Assembly: GCA_016748015.1 (NCBI GenBank)
Contig: JAAOMT010000029.1
Span: 360,896-424,895 of the forward strand
Source: Geosiphon pyriformis uo1
Taxonomy: Eukaryota; Fungi; Glomeromycota
Reading direction: 5' to 3'
DNA: 64,000 nt
Below the pieces are notes generated by a model. That model did not search any database, had not been told where the DNA came from, and saw nothing but the letters and a program-made list of their open reading frames with translations. Both the position numbers and the translations under genes were made by a program. Below are positions 22,719-39,665 of this stretch, one piece after another; within the stretch, counting starts at the first letter, position 1, and every line of letters starts with the position of its first letter.

Positions 22719-24841
22719 ATGGTTGTTTTTTTAAAAAAGTACTAAAGTAACTACAAATGGCAAGTACTTAAGTATACTAATCATTAAATACTAACTAGAG
22801 CTCTTAAATGTTCCAGTCGAGTACAGCAATAATTTTGAAAAGCCAATTATTACTAACAAAAGCTTAATACTACATGACTTTTATTATTAAAACTTTGATT
22901 AGTGTAATAATTCCATTAATTTTAAAAGATAAATTGTTGATTTTGTCAATTGGAGTCTTTATTATTTTATTAGTAATAATAATTCTAATATTAGCAGCTC
23001 AATCAACTTGGTAACTTAATTGGTTTATAAATTATTATATAATAATGCTATCTGTTAATTCACTATTAAAAATAAGCTTAATAAATTAATTATTGATTTG
23101 GGCATCAATATATATAAAAATAATTGGTTTAGTATTAAAAGCAGTTCTACTAAATAATAGTGTTTCTATTTAGTTTTTTAATTCAAAAAAAAATATAGCA
23201 GCAAGTAATTTTTCTTAATAATAGTTGCTAGTAGAATGTTGTTGCCAAGTAATTATTTTTATAATTTTAAGTTTTTGAATTGGATATTTTTTGGGATAAC
23301 CAAAAAACTTAAATAGCTTTGAAAATTCGAGTTTTGGATGTATCTATTTCTTAAATTCTATTGATGTAATTCTGATGGCTGGTTTAATAAACTGGGAATT
23401 AGTTAGTGTATTACTATTGTTAATCTTTAAGTTTGTTAGATGTAATTGATTCTTAGCCTTTGGTTTCCAGTTGGTAATTAAGTTGGAACTTAAAGTGATA
23501 CTTAAATTTGTTGAAGTTGATAGATAACTTGTGGCTGTAATTAATATATTATTGGTACTAGAATTTAATAGATTAAAGATAAATATGTGAGTTGCTATAT
23601 TATTAGTATATAATATAATTGATATTAGTATTATTTTAATAATAAATTGTTGGTGTAGTTTTAGATTTGAAATCTGCAATTGGAATTTCAATATTGATTT
23701 TTCAATAATTTGTTATTTAATTTTGTCTTATAGTTTATTTTTAGGTGTTTTTGTTTACCATAATAGTAATAAATATACATATCTTGTTGCCATAATTGAT
23801 TTAATAATAATAATAGATACAACTGATTCTGAAACTAATTTAAGTTTTCTTAATAGTTACAATATTAAGATAGTTAATAAATAGCAGTATTGTTAACTAA
23901 GTATCCTTCTAATTTCTGATTAATAGAATTGCTAAATTATTTTAGCTTAGAATTTAATTTAAATAATCTATTTATTACTAGATTTACAGCTTGAGCATAA
24001 TTGGCTTTGAACTTGGCTAATTCAAAATTTCTGACATGATTAACTGTATTTTAAAGTGTATTTAGATATAGTAGGCATATTTATTATAAAAAACTACTGT
24101 ATAATCTATAAATAAATTAAGTTAAGATCTAAAGTATTGTAAAATAGTTAATATTAACTGCTTAGATTTGGTGCAGATTTCTGTAAAAGTGTTCTAAGTA
24201 AATGGTAACTGCTTTATTATCATCTTGCTTGATTATAGTAAAACTAATTAATAAGCAATTAATATTGTTGTAATTGCTAAAATATTGTAAAAACACAACT
24301 TTAAATGTATTAAAATCTTGTAGCTTGTTTATTAAGCTTTAATATTATAAGTTTACAGTATCTTATAAGAAGCATAAAATGGTTTAAAAAGTTCTAACAT
24401 CATTTTATTTGTTGACTGTAATGGCTTTTGTTATATTATTTAGTCATGCTTAAGTGTTGTTTTCTTTATTAGTGAATTTTTCAAGTTTGGTGATTAGTAT
24501 ATATACTATTAGTACAAATTGTTGTTATTATAATTGTTAAAAAACAGCAATTGGTACTACTATTAGTTGATTAATTAAGATAATTAAAGGTAAGTTTTGT
24601 TGAAAAATAGGAGCTGAATTTGAATTATTTGAGTTTGGCTGAGTTTAAACAATTAGAATTAAGATTTTTAGATTATTTGGAATTAGATTTTAATTATTAT
24701 TTTTCTGATTACTGTTTTTTTTTTCTTTTAAATTGGTGTTTGCAAAATAACTAATAGATTTGAAATTTGGTTAAAGTAGTAGTAATTAAAGTCTTATTAA
24801 AATTGTTGATCACAATTTAAATTCTTTAAAAAAATTACTAT

Positions 24842-26900
24842 TAGGATTCTAATGTTTAGTTCAGTTTAGTTCAAGTTTAATTAAACCACTAAACCAAACT
24901 AAACTTAAACAAAAAATTTGGCAAAATATTAAATTTAAACTCAAATCAAACTTAAAATTATTGACTTTGATTAAATTTGAACATATTGTTATTTATAGAA
25001 ATTAGGAATTATAATAGTAGATAAAATAGCCAATCAGAAATAAACATAGTAAAAAGAGAAATTATAGGATTCTAAAATTCCAAAATTGCAGAATTTTTGT
25101 CAAAAAAATTGAAAGATTTTAAGGAATCTTGTATAATATAAATTAAGTATATATAGTAAAAGTATTAGAAGCAGAAAAAATATTTGATTTAGACAAAACA
25201 ATAGCTAGCAATAATTACTTATCTTATACTCTTCCCTTCAAAAATAGTTTTTTATAACTTGAAATAGAATTACATTAATATTAATAAAATATCTAATTAT
25301 CATTCAATTTATGTTATTATTACTTAATTAAAAATATTAATCATTTTCTCCACTATCAATATAAAGTGTTAATAGAATCTAATACTTAATTATATTGGAC
25401 TAATAATTTTTAATTATAGCTATTAACAGAATACCAATTTTTTTTTATTTTTTTATTTTCTTTTGTTTTATTTTTTTGTTGTTTACTAATTAATTAAAAA
25501 GATTAAATGTTGAATATTTGACATCAAAAATAGCCTGGTAAAAGACTTGGAAACAAAAGTAGAAATTTAAGAATAGCTTACTAAAAAGACATAACTGTTA
25601 AAATAAATCAGCCACCATACTAAAGAAAAAAATTTATAAAAAAAACCATCAATTAAATCTCTGTTTATTATACAAAGAACTTAACCAAACTTTTTAAACT
25701 CCAAAATCTTCAGAAATTACCAATATTCTTAGCTATTAAGCATCAAATTATAGATTTGTTATTTGTTTTAATACTTCAAATAATTATTTGTAACAATATG
25801 CAACAAGTTTGGTTTAAAGTTTATAAACATATTTAGGTTTAACTATTAAAAACATTATATTATATTATATTATTATTTAATTTTTTTTTAATAATTTTTG
25901 CATCTATAATTAAAGACACTGTATTACTCTTATATTTTTAGACACTAAGTAAAACCTTATATTTGTAATTATATTTTTATTTGCAAAAAAGACATATTTA
26001 GAAGCAAAAAATAATTCTTGAATTGCCAAATAATTACAAACTATATATATAAGACAAGAAAATTGTATTTGATGTGCTTAAATATCAAATTATTAATAAA
26101 ATGTTAATTTAGATAAACATTTTTTGTAATATACTTTTTACCATGTTATTATATCTATTTTTTTATTGGCCACTTTTTTAAAGATATAACAATCAATTTT
26201 GTCAAGTTTTTTTCCTTTATTATTATTAAAGTCTGCTTCTAATATGAATTATATAACTGATACTATAATATTATTAAAATTGCTATACAACAAAAAACTG
26301 TTATTTGATGTTAGTATAATGTTCAGTATATACTTTATTTCAAAGAGAATATACATTCTAAAGATTTATTTATTATGTAAAAGTTGAAAAATAAAATTAT
26401 TTAAATAAATTAGTAACTTAAAATTCTTATATTTTATTAATATTGTTATTCAAAAATTTTTTTTTGGTAAAATAATGAAATTTTTTCTTTAAATCCAATG
26501 CAGTACAGAGTATTATAGTTGTATTGTTTTAGAGTATATTTAATCAACTTTTTTTTTGCTGTCTTAACCAATAATAAATTTATTTTGGTAAATTGAAAAA
26601 TAGAATTGTTATATATGTATAGTTTTATATATCTTTTTAACTAATTATAGTAATTAAACAAAGTAATAATTAATGAACAAGTAGTATAGTTATATATATT
26701 TTTTAATTTTATTAAACTTAAACAAGTTCATAAACTTTGAATCAAACTTAAATTGAATTCAAACTTGTCAAAAAAGTTTAATGCTGAACTTGAACTAAAC
26801 CTACTTTGAAAAATTAATTTGGTTCAAGTTTGATTTATAATTTAAACTGAACTTAAATAACACCCAAAGTTTGGTTTAATTTGGTTCAATTGAAATTCTA
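24842..26900 (-). mobile_element. hAT-superfamily DNA transposon, internal deletion derivative
   Basis: Termini taggattc.../...gaaattcta; 8-bp TSD attactat/attgctat; subterminal aaac/gaac repeat clusters. Minus strand 25900-26085 reads QFSCLIYIVCNYLAIQELFFASKYVFF..IRVIQCL, a decayed hATC dimerisation motif (FPxLxxxARxYLAIxxSSxxSERxFS). Confidence 0.8.
24987..25795 (+). repeat. Solo LTR (B family) inside the hAT element
   Basis: Termini tgttattta...tgtaaca; 4-bp TSD atat/atat. Confidence 0.85.
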
Positions 26901-27074
26901 ATTGCTATAGATTCTTAATAATTTGGGTTTTTTTTGGTTATTTTGGAATATTACTTGTAATAATGGTGTTTTAATATAAGCACAGCTGTTAATATTATCT
27001 GAATAGTGCTTTTAAGTATATAATAATATAATAAGTTAATAAGTAAAATAATTTTTAGTTTTTTCCAGATATGT

Positions 27075-28048
27075 TGTTATCAGAAATTTTTGGTCTTTTT
27101 TCTTGAATGTTGTTAATGTTTGATTGTTGTAAATTCATGTTTTCTAGAAGTAGTTAAACCTTTAATAACTGAATTTATCTTTAAATTATTTCCTATAATT
27201 TGAACTATTGGGCTTATAAGTAAAATAATCAATTTTTTGCCAGTTACTTTGTGTAGTTATGTTGTAGTAAATGTCAACTCTTTTCCAGAAATTGCTCATC
27301 TGGAAGCTCACTAAAAATGTGTAGTTATTTTGTTATGAAAATCAATTTTTCTATAGGAATTTTGTCTGTAGACTACCCTAATGATTATAATAAGAAAAAA
27401 ATAAAAGAAAATAAAAGAAAAGTAAAAAAAAATAGAATTGTGTCAAGAGAAATGTTTTCTATTTAGGCTTAGAATCACTAACAGATTACTGAAATTAGTA
27501 GCTAATTAATTTCAAAATGTTAGTTATGTTGAGAAGTTTTAAGTATAATAATTAAAGAATTTGGTTTTTGAATATTTAATTTTTATTTGAGATGTATAAA
27601 AGATGATTTGTTCTAATTAAGATATCTAAAATAAAGTACTAAGATAAAATACTATAAGAAGATACATTTTTTTGAAGAGAAAAGCTTTTTTTTTATACAA
27701 CTTGTTATAGTACTAGTCTTTGAACTTGCACTTTTCTCTTTGTTTTAATTTTGGTAAACTAAAAATACATTTTGGTAAACTACAAGTTATTTCTACAAAT
27801 TATTGATTATTTCGGCCAATTTTTATCAATTTCGGCGAATTTTGACTATATTAAATAGTTCAAGGTATTGTGTAATTTAATCATCTTAATTTCTATGATA
27901 CAAATCGGATTATTAATTAAATAATAATATTTGATAATTTGATTAAATAATAAGTGATAATCGAAATGATAATAATATATGCTAATTAATAATAGGAATT
28001 ATAAGGGTAATTTCATGCTAATTAATAGCTAAAATTCTACTGGTAACA
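27075..28048 (-). repeat. Solo LTR (A family) inserted in gag of element D
   Basis: Termini tgttatcag...tggtaaca; flanks atgt/atat. Confidence 0.88.
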
Positions 28049-30877
28049 ATATGGTTGTATTTTTCTTGAAATTTTTGCTGGAATTTATAGTTTTTCTTTT
28101 CCTTTGTTAATAAAGATAATGAGAAATTTTTGTTTAATATAAGTTTCAATTTTGTGATTTATCTCTGTAATTATTGAAATGAAACTATAATTTTGTGGAA
28201 AATTGATATATTGTAATAGTTTACTATAGAAATTTTTAATAACAGCTTTTGGATTTTCTTGGTTTTTTAAATAGTATATAATCTTTTTGTTTATATAGAA
28301 GTTGAAAACTGATTTTGCTGGCCAATAATTATTTGTTAGTTTAAGATAAGTTTGGTAATATTAAAATAAAAATTTGGCAAAACCCAAATGATTTGTTTCT
28401 ATTACTTCTAATTTTGCCATTTTTTTGAAAATTAATGTTGCTGTTGGTTTTTTGTTGAATTATATCTTATAAAGAGCACCAAATATTATAAGTAATTATT
28501 TAGAGTATTAAAGTAATAGCAAATCCATAATTTGGTACTTAATAGCTAAATATGATAGTAATTTCTGAAGATTTTGGAGTTTGAAGGTTTTGATTAAGTT
28601 TTTTGTATAATAAACAGAGATATAATTACTGGTTTTTCTTAATTTCTGTTTTCAACATAATAACTAATTTATTTTGGCAGTTATATCTTTTTGGTAAGCT
28701 ATTTTTAAGTTTTTCTATTCTTGTTTTATGAGTTTTTTACCAGATTATTTTTAATGTCAATTATTTAGTACTTAATTTTTAATTAATTAGTAAACAATCA
28801 AGAAATAAAATAATAAAATAATAATAAAATAATAAAATAATAAAATAATAAAAAATTAAAGTCTTATCAATAACTATAATTAAAAACTATTGGTTTAATG
28901 TAATTAAGTATCAAATTCTATTAACCTAGATTGTTAATAATATAAAAGTAATTAATATTTCTTAATTTAGCAATAACAATATAAATTAAATGATAATAGA
29001 TATTTTTATTAATATAAATATAATTTTACTTCAAATTATAAAAAACTATCTTTGAAAAAAAAGATATTTGAATAATTATTTATATTTAATTACTATTCTA
29101 TTGCTACTGTTTTTTTAATACTTTTATTATATATATATAATTTGTATTATATAAGATTCTATATATTTTTACTCTTTTTTTATATTACTTTCTAAAAATA
29201 TGCTCATTTTTGAAAATATGCTTATTTTTTGAGAATGTACATATTTTTGAAAATATGTTATAATTTTCTAAAAATGTGCTTATTTGTTAAGTACTATTTT
29301 CTTATTGGTCTATTTTATAATCTGTTTTTTTTTGTATTTTTTTTTCTATAAATAATACTAAAAAACAAAGACAAAAAACTTTTTTTTTCAAAAAATGCTC
29401 TTTAGAGAATTTTGAACATAGAAAAGAAAAAAGGTTTTTTTTATATAAAATATATATAATTAATTTATTTTTATTATAACTAATTTAAATAACTGATTAT
29501 ATATAAAAAAATATAAATTTTACTTATTTTAAAATTTTTAAAGATTTTATTATAATAAATAATAATTGGATTATATTTTTTAAAAAAATTTAATTAAAAC
29601 TAATATCTTAAAAAAAGTTGTATTTAGTAAAAAACTTTTAAATATTAATAGTTAAAATTTAATTAAGCTATTTTTTTGGTTTTTTAAAACTTTTTTTAGT
29701 TATTTATTATATAAATTGGTTTATTAATTTAATATTTTATGTTAAAATTACTGTTTTTTTAATTTTATAATATTATTAATAAAACATATAAGTTAAAATT
29801 AAAATTATTAAAATTAAAATTATAAAATTTGTTTAATTTAAGTTTTTAATAAATTTAATTATTTTTTTATAACTATTAAAATATATTTATTATAAATATT
29901 AATTTTTGTTTTGTTTTAATTACTAATTTATTTTAAAATTTTATTTAGTTTAAAAATAAATATAATTAATAATTAATTGTAATTTATTTTAATAAGTTGC
30001 ATAAAATAAAATTTACAAAATAATAAAGTAAAATTTTATAAATCGAACAAAAAATTAAATTTAAAAACATGTTATAATAAATATATATTAAATAAAATAT
30101 TTAAGTAAAATAAAAAATTGGATTTTTTTGTTTGTTAAATAAGTAATAAATTTAAATAATTAATTACATGTAAAAATACATGATTTATATATATAATAGT
30201 ATTTTATAATTCTAATAAACAATAATAAAATCATATTTTATTAAAACAATAAAAAAAAACATATTAATTTATATTTAAATATTTTAAAACATTTAACAAT
30301 TGAAAAATGTAAAATAAACATAAATATTTAAAAATAATAAATGCACAAATGTATAATAAACTTTTAAAAATTATTTTGTTGAAATTCAAAAATTTAACAA
30401 AATAATAATTCTTAACACAAAATCTATTTTATAATAATAGTTTTTAATTGGTTATGTAGTTAAAATTTGAACTTCATTATAAATATAACAATTTATGATG
30501 ATTATATTAGCACACCTGTTGAAAATTTCAGGTCATTCCATATTCTGTTTCGATTTATTAAAATTGATCATCCTTTAACAGAAAAGAAAGAACTCTAGTT
30601 TCAGTCCAGTAATATGGATCTGAAATATTCCATTGTTTCCTCATAAGAAAAATTTGGTAATTTACTCAAAATTGAAGAACTCTCCCAAACTAAGAAAAAA
30701 GATGCCTATATGCCATTGAAAGAATATCCTAACGATAAAAGAACGCTTGATTTTTTTTCTTTATCACAGTCCTAACAAACTAATATTACAAAAGTTCTGC
30801 AAAAAATGGAAAATTAATAAAATACACACCTAAAGTGCAAAACCACCTAAACGAATCCTGATTAGAGTCGTTTACAA

Positions 30878-34705
<3,828 letters not shown>

Positions 34706-35535
34706 GATTTATTAAAAATAATTGCAATGAAAATCCACGAAGAACTTCGGGAGACTATAGTTTCTCACAAGTTTGATAAAATATTAATCTTAAATTAATT
34801 ATTCCAGTATAAAACGGGAAAGGATTTTTCAAGCAACTCCTTAGAAATGATTAGTTGTGGTCTGACTTTCTGATCGATCAAAGGTTTACTGTTCGCAATG
34901 AAAGGCTAGTTTAGCGAACTGAGATCGGCTTCTAATTGCAATTTCTTTCGGGAAACGCACTATTGTAGAGCGTTTCGGTGGGATATTTATGAAACAAGCA
35001 GTCTTATGAGTCTCCTAAAAGTTTTCAATTGTGTCAAAGAAGGTGTGAGGAATCGAGTTAAAAAGTCTGGTTTCGTGGAATAAAATCATGAGCGATATTT
35101 GGTATATTTCTCTTGATATTTATTATATCAACTATCAGCATTCTATCTTGATGATCACAACAAATGTGCATCAAACTTCTATTATTATTAAAAGTGTTAA
35201 AAGCTTTCTAAAAAGTAAAAATATGAGCAGAACCAATTGGTTTCTCCACAAATTAAAGAAGCATGTGACTCCAAAATTTCGATCACTTCAAAATTCGAGT
35301 ATTGTGATTGCAGTTTTTTAATACTGACACGTAAATTCAATTGTACTTTACAATACTAAGAGTGAGTGATTTGGTGTCAAAGGTTATTTCCTCGTAAGTT
35401 ACTCGGCTCTTTTGCAAATCACCTACTGTCTGGCTCCGATATGATTTTTCGAGCAGTGATCAGAATTTGGTCTACCTCTCATTTCCGATAAGAGGCCTCG
35501 TTGAGTCGAAGTACTCTTGAAATTTAGAGCCTATT
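34706..35535. promoter_or_regulatory. Shared divergent promoter region for YAK1 and EHD3
   Basis: 830 bp between head-to-head start codons; CpG retained. No individual sites assigned. Confidence 0.55.
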
Positions 35536-37577
35536 ATGACCACCAATCGTGCGGTTATGCTCGCTTCACAACTAGTAAGATTCTAAACCAAAAGTTAAGA
35601 TTTTGAATTCTACTAAATTGCAAGCATATTCTTGAATTTTTGCTTCCATCACTATTTATAGGCTGTTGTTCTTCATCAAAGAAAATTCAGTAGTCGAATA
35701 TTTACATTAAATCGCCCTGAAAAACATAATGCCCTAAATTTGGATATGGTCCGCAACATTACGCCGCAATTGCAGGTATAATTCCTGAATAATTAGAGAC
35801 AACTATTTTCGATTAGTGATTTCTCATACTTTTTCTCTTTTTTATAGGTGCATAATCGATTCTTTATTACGTTTTTATTGCCTCCTTAATTAGTATCATT
35901 TTTCCGGTTTGCTTTATCCAGGCATGGAATGAATCAGACCTTTGTAAAGTGATTATTATCAAAGGAACCGGAAGCAAGGCATTTTGTGCTGGAGGCGATG
36001 TGAGAGGTCCTTCAGTATTTGAATATTTGCAACTCATTTCATTTTACATTTTTTCAATAAATAAATAAATATTCTGGCTTTGTAGAGGTGATTGAACTTG
36101 CAGAACGTGAAAAACGTCAGTACCCTCAAAGAAATCAAAGTTTAAATGCTTTGAAGTTTTTTAAAGAAGAGTATCAGTTAAATCATCTCATCGCAACCTT
36201 GGATAAACCCTTTGTCGCATTTATGAATGGAATTACAAGTGGATTATATTTCTTTATATTATTTGCCTTCTCCGAAATGCCCGATTTAATTTAAACCCAT
36301 TTCCTATTTTTTCCTTTAGTGGGAGGAGGCGTTGGACTTTCGGTTCATGCTCCATTTCGTGTGGCCACAGAAAACACAGTTTTTGCTATGCCAGAAACAC
36401 AAATAGGATTTTTTCCCGATGTGGGTGGTTCATTTTTCTTACCTCGAATGGATGGCGAGATCGGGACATACTTAGCTTTGACAGGAGCGTATCTAAATGG
36501 TTATGATGTATTGTATGTACTTTACATTTATTCATTTTAAAGAATACATAATTGAATAAAAACTATGCTTAAATTTCTTAGCCAATCTGGGATTGCGACC
36601 CATTATGTGCCTTCTGAACGACTGGATAATTTGGAAGAGCGATTAAGTGAATTGGAAAGTGACGATTACGAAGTGATAAATTCGGCTATTGAGGATTTTG
36701 TCGGGGACCCTGTTAATAGATCTTATTTCATCAGCGGAGAAACCAGAAAATCCATTGATAGGTGAGGACGAGAATTTTACATTATATTTTTTCACAGCTA
36801 TCCCTAATTAAGGATTTATTATCAAACTGATAGGATATTCAGTCACAATACTTTCGAAAATATTATCTCTGCTTTAGAGAAAGAAAATACATCATGGGCA
36901 GTGGAAACCAAGAACAAGATTTTGCAAATGTCCCCTACAAGCTTAAAGGTATCGGATCATATATAACTTATATATTCATTCTTGCTACCTTACGTCTTTT
37001 GTCTGTTATTATTTTTGCAGGTTACATTGAGTTTAATGCGCAAAGGCAGGAAATTGGGTATCGCCGATTGTTTCCAAATGGAATACCGATTAGCGCAAAA
37101 GTTTTTGGTTCGAATTTCTATATATTATTCCTTTGCATTCATCAGTGTTCGTATAAAACTAAATCTGAAATAATTTCTCAGGAAAAATCCGATTTTGTGG
37201 AAGGAGTGACTGCACGATTAATTAATAAAACTAGCCCCAAATGGAACCCTCCTAGTCTTGAAGAAATTTCGGATAAGGACATTGAAGAATTTTATTTGAA
37301 ATCTCCAGTTCTTTCCTCGCTTAACCTCTTAAATCCTCGTTCTTATGAACGTTATCCTTTTGCCCAATTCGCTCTGCCATCGGAAGAAGAAGTAAAAAAA
37401 GTTGTTACGGGTGAAAATAGAGATGTTGGGTCACTAGCACTAACAAAACCTGAAGTTTTGGATTTCTTTTTAAAAGATCGTAACGGTAAGATCGGAGTTC
37501 GTGAGAAGATTCTAGAAATTCTGGCTAGAAAAACTCGAACTCTCGGTGGTAGCGATAGCTTGCAATGGGATTCATAA
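35536..37577 (+). CDS. EHD3: 3-hydroxyisobutyryl-CoA hydrolase (crotonase family, HIBCH/Ehd3), ~453 aa; exons 35536-35574, 35662-35775, 35922-36006, 36086-36238, 36320-36512, 36582-36761, 36834-36948, 37021-37107, 37182-37577; first exon uncertain
   Basis: [62 protein letters not shown]; spliced length 1362 nt is in frame. Confidence 0.9.
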
Positions 37578-39665
37578 TGGTGGTAATTTTGATCTTAAAA
37601 AAGATCGATAGTTCCTTTTTCAGAAATTATTTCATTATATAAAATCAAGGTAAGAAATCCCCCATTTTTATCTCCAAGCTCAGAATTTATTTAAGAGTTT
37701 CTATTCCTATGTGAGGAGCTATATAGATATTAAAAAATCTGAACAACAGAAATTTAAATTTAAGCTAATAATTTCGGTTGTAAGTGGCAAGCACATAACG
37801 ACTAACTTTTCCGAATGATTTTGGATTAATTTGTTTTTTACGTGTGAATCCTTTGTTTTTAAAGCTTCAAGGACTTTTTGCACGATTTCCCCTTTATTAA
37901 CAAAATTGATCTCAATAGATCAGCAAAAAATAAGGTAATTGGTAATAGGTAGAAGGAATCACTTTTCATTTAACTGAATGCAATTGTTTTGGATGTCAAA
38001 AAAAGCTTTCTTGGTTTTTTGGATTATTATTAATGAAAATGTTAAAAGTAAAGTGATTTTTTTCATTTTAAAGGAAATAAACAGATTCAAATTCAAATAC
38101 CTGTTTTTTTCATTTTATTTTGAAAATAAATATTTTAATTACAAGTTTACCAAGTAAAATATCTGCACAACAGTTGCTTAATAAATATAAGTATAAAAAA
38201 TATCTTTTTTTCTCTCATATTTTAAAACAGAATAAAAAAAAAAGTTTATTGTTTTTAAAGATTTTAATACTTAAAAATTCTTTTTAAAGATAAAAACAGT
38301 TAGACAATATTTCTTTAAAATGTTTTTTTAAAAAATAAAAACACAAAACAGTTTTTGACTGTTAATAAAGCATTTTTTTGCTTTAAATAAAAGTTTTTTC
38401 TTATTTAAAGTTACTAATTTTACGTAATTATTATTATTATCAAAAGTTCACAAAAAGCTGATGCCAAAACTAAAATTTTTTATTACTGTTTAAATAGTCA
38501 AAAAACAATTTTTTTTTAAAATATTAACTTTATTTGGTTTTTTAATATTTATATTAATTTTATAGTAATTATATTAATTATAATATTTAAATTAAATTAA
38601 ATTATAATTAATAAGTTTTTTTTATTTAAATAATAACAATAACAATAACAATATATTTATTAAAATTGAACTTAATTAATATATAGTTAAATTGTTTAAT
38701 ATATTAAATTCTAATTAATTATTACCAATTTTAAAGACCAAAAAAACTAGAATTAATCTATTAAGTTATTTAATTTAAAAACTAAACAAACTAAATAAAA
38801 GTAAAAAAAAATTATTTTTATTTTTTGAAAATAATATTAATTTTAATAATATTTAAAAAACATCGAAAATTTTTTAAGCAAATATTCTTTATTTTAATAT
38901 TTAATAAAATAGTTAAAATTAAATTGATTTATATTAAAATTGTATTTTAATTTTTATATAATTTTTTTGATTTAAAATTAATTATTAAAAAAAATATTTG
39001 GCTTTTTTATATAAAATTTATATCTTAAATTTTTTTAAATACTGTTATTTAAATTAAATTTGTTATTTTAATTTTTTATTATTTTTAAAATTAGAAAAAC
39101 TTTTATAATATTTAAATTTGTTTTTATTTTTGCTATTATTCTTTTTTATATTATTATTTTAGAATATTTTAAGTATTTTAATAAAGTTTTTATATTAAAT
39201 TAAAACTTCTTATTTAATAATAATATAATATTATATATTTTAAGTTTAATATATTTTTAAATATTATTTTGGCTTGTTAATTAATTTTAGTAAAAAAAAA
39301 ACATATTAAAATTTTTTTTATGTTTTAATAAAATGTAAATTAATTATTTATTTATAATATAAAATTCATAAATTTTATAAATAACTGTAATTTATGTATT
39401 TTTTATATATAATTAATAATTTAAATTAGTTTAAACTAAATTAAATTGAATTTAAAAAAGAAAACTTATTTAAAAATAATATCTATATAAAATTATAGCT
39501 AAATTATTATTAAAAAACAAATTTAATCAGTTTTATTTGTTTCAAATTTGATTTTAAAAGCTTAAAACTTTTAAATATTATTAATTTATTAAAAAAAATT
39601 TTATTTACAAAAAAATTTGATAATTTATTAAACATATTATTTTTTGACAAAAATTTTACTTTATA

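Larger units (their letters stand above)
22719..29357 (-). mobile_element. Heavily decayed B-family Gypsy 'D' (5' LTR 28484-29357, PBS about 28465-28481, gag to protease) hosting three nested insertions
   Basis: AT-shifted but alignable to 17200-20040 of element B; gagcaccaaa|tattataag junction matches the B PBS/LTR junction. Confidence 0.8.

Noticed and set aside
36007-36085. U12-type intron in EHD3
   Set aside because: Donor GTCCTT (and GTATCG at 36949) does not match RTATCCTT, and no clear TCCTTAAC branch site was found.
38600-39600. Possible ghost hAT/MITE (aaactaaa/aattgaa clusters) in the AT-rich shoulder
   Set aside because: No termini or TSD can be defined, and complexity is too low to support a call.
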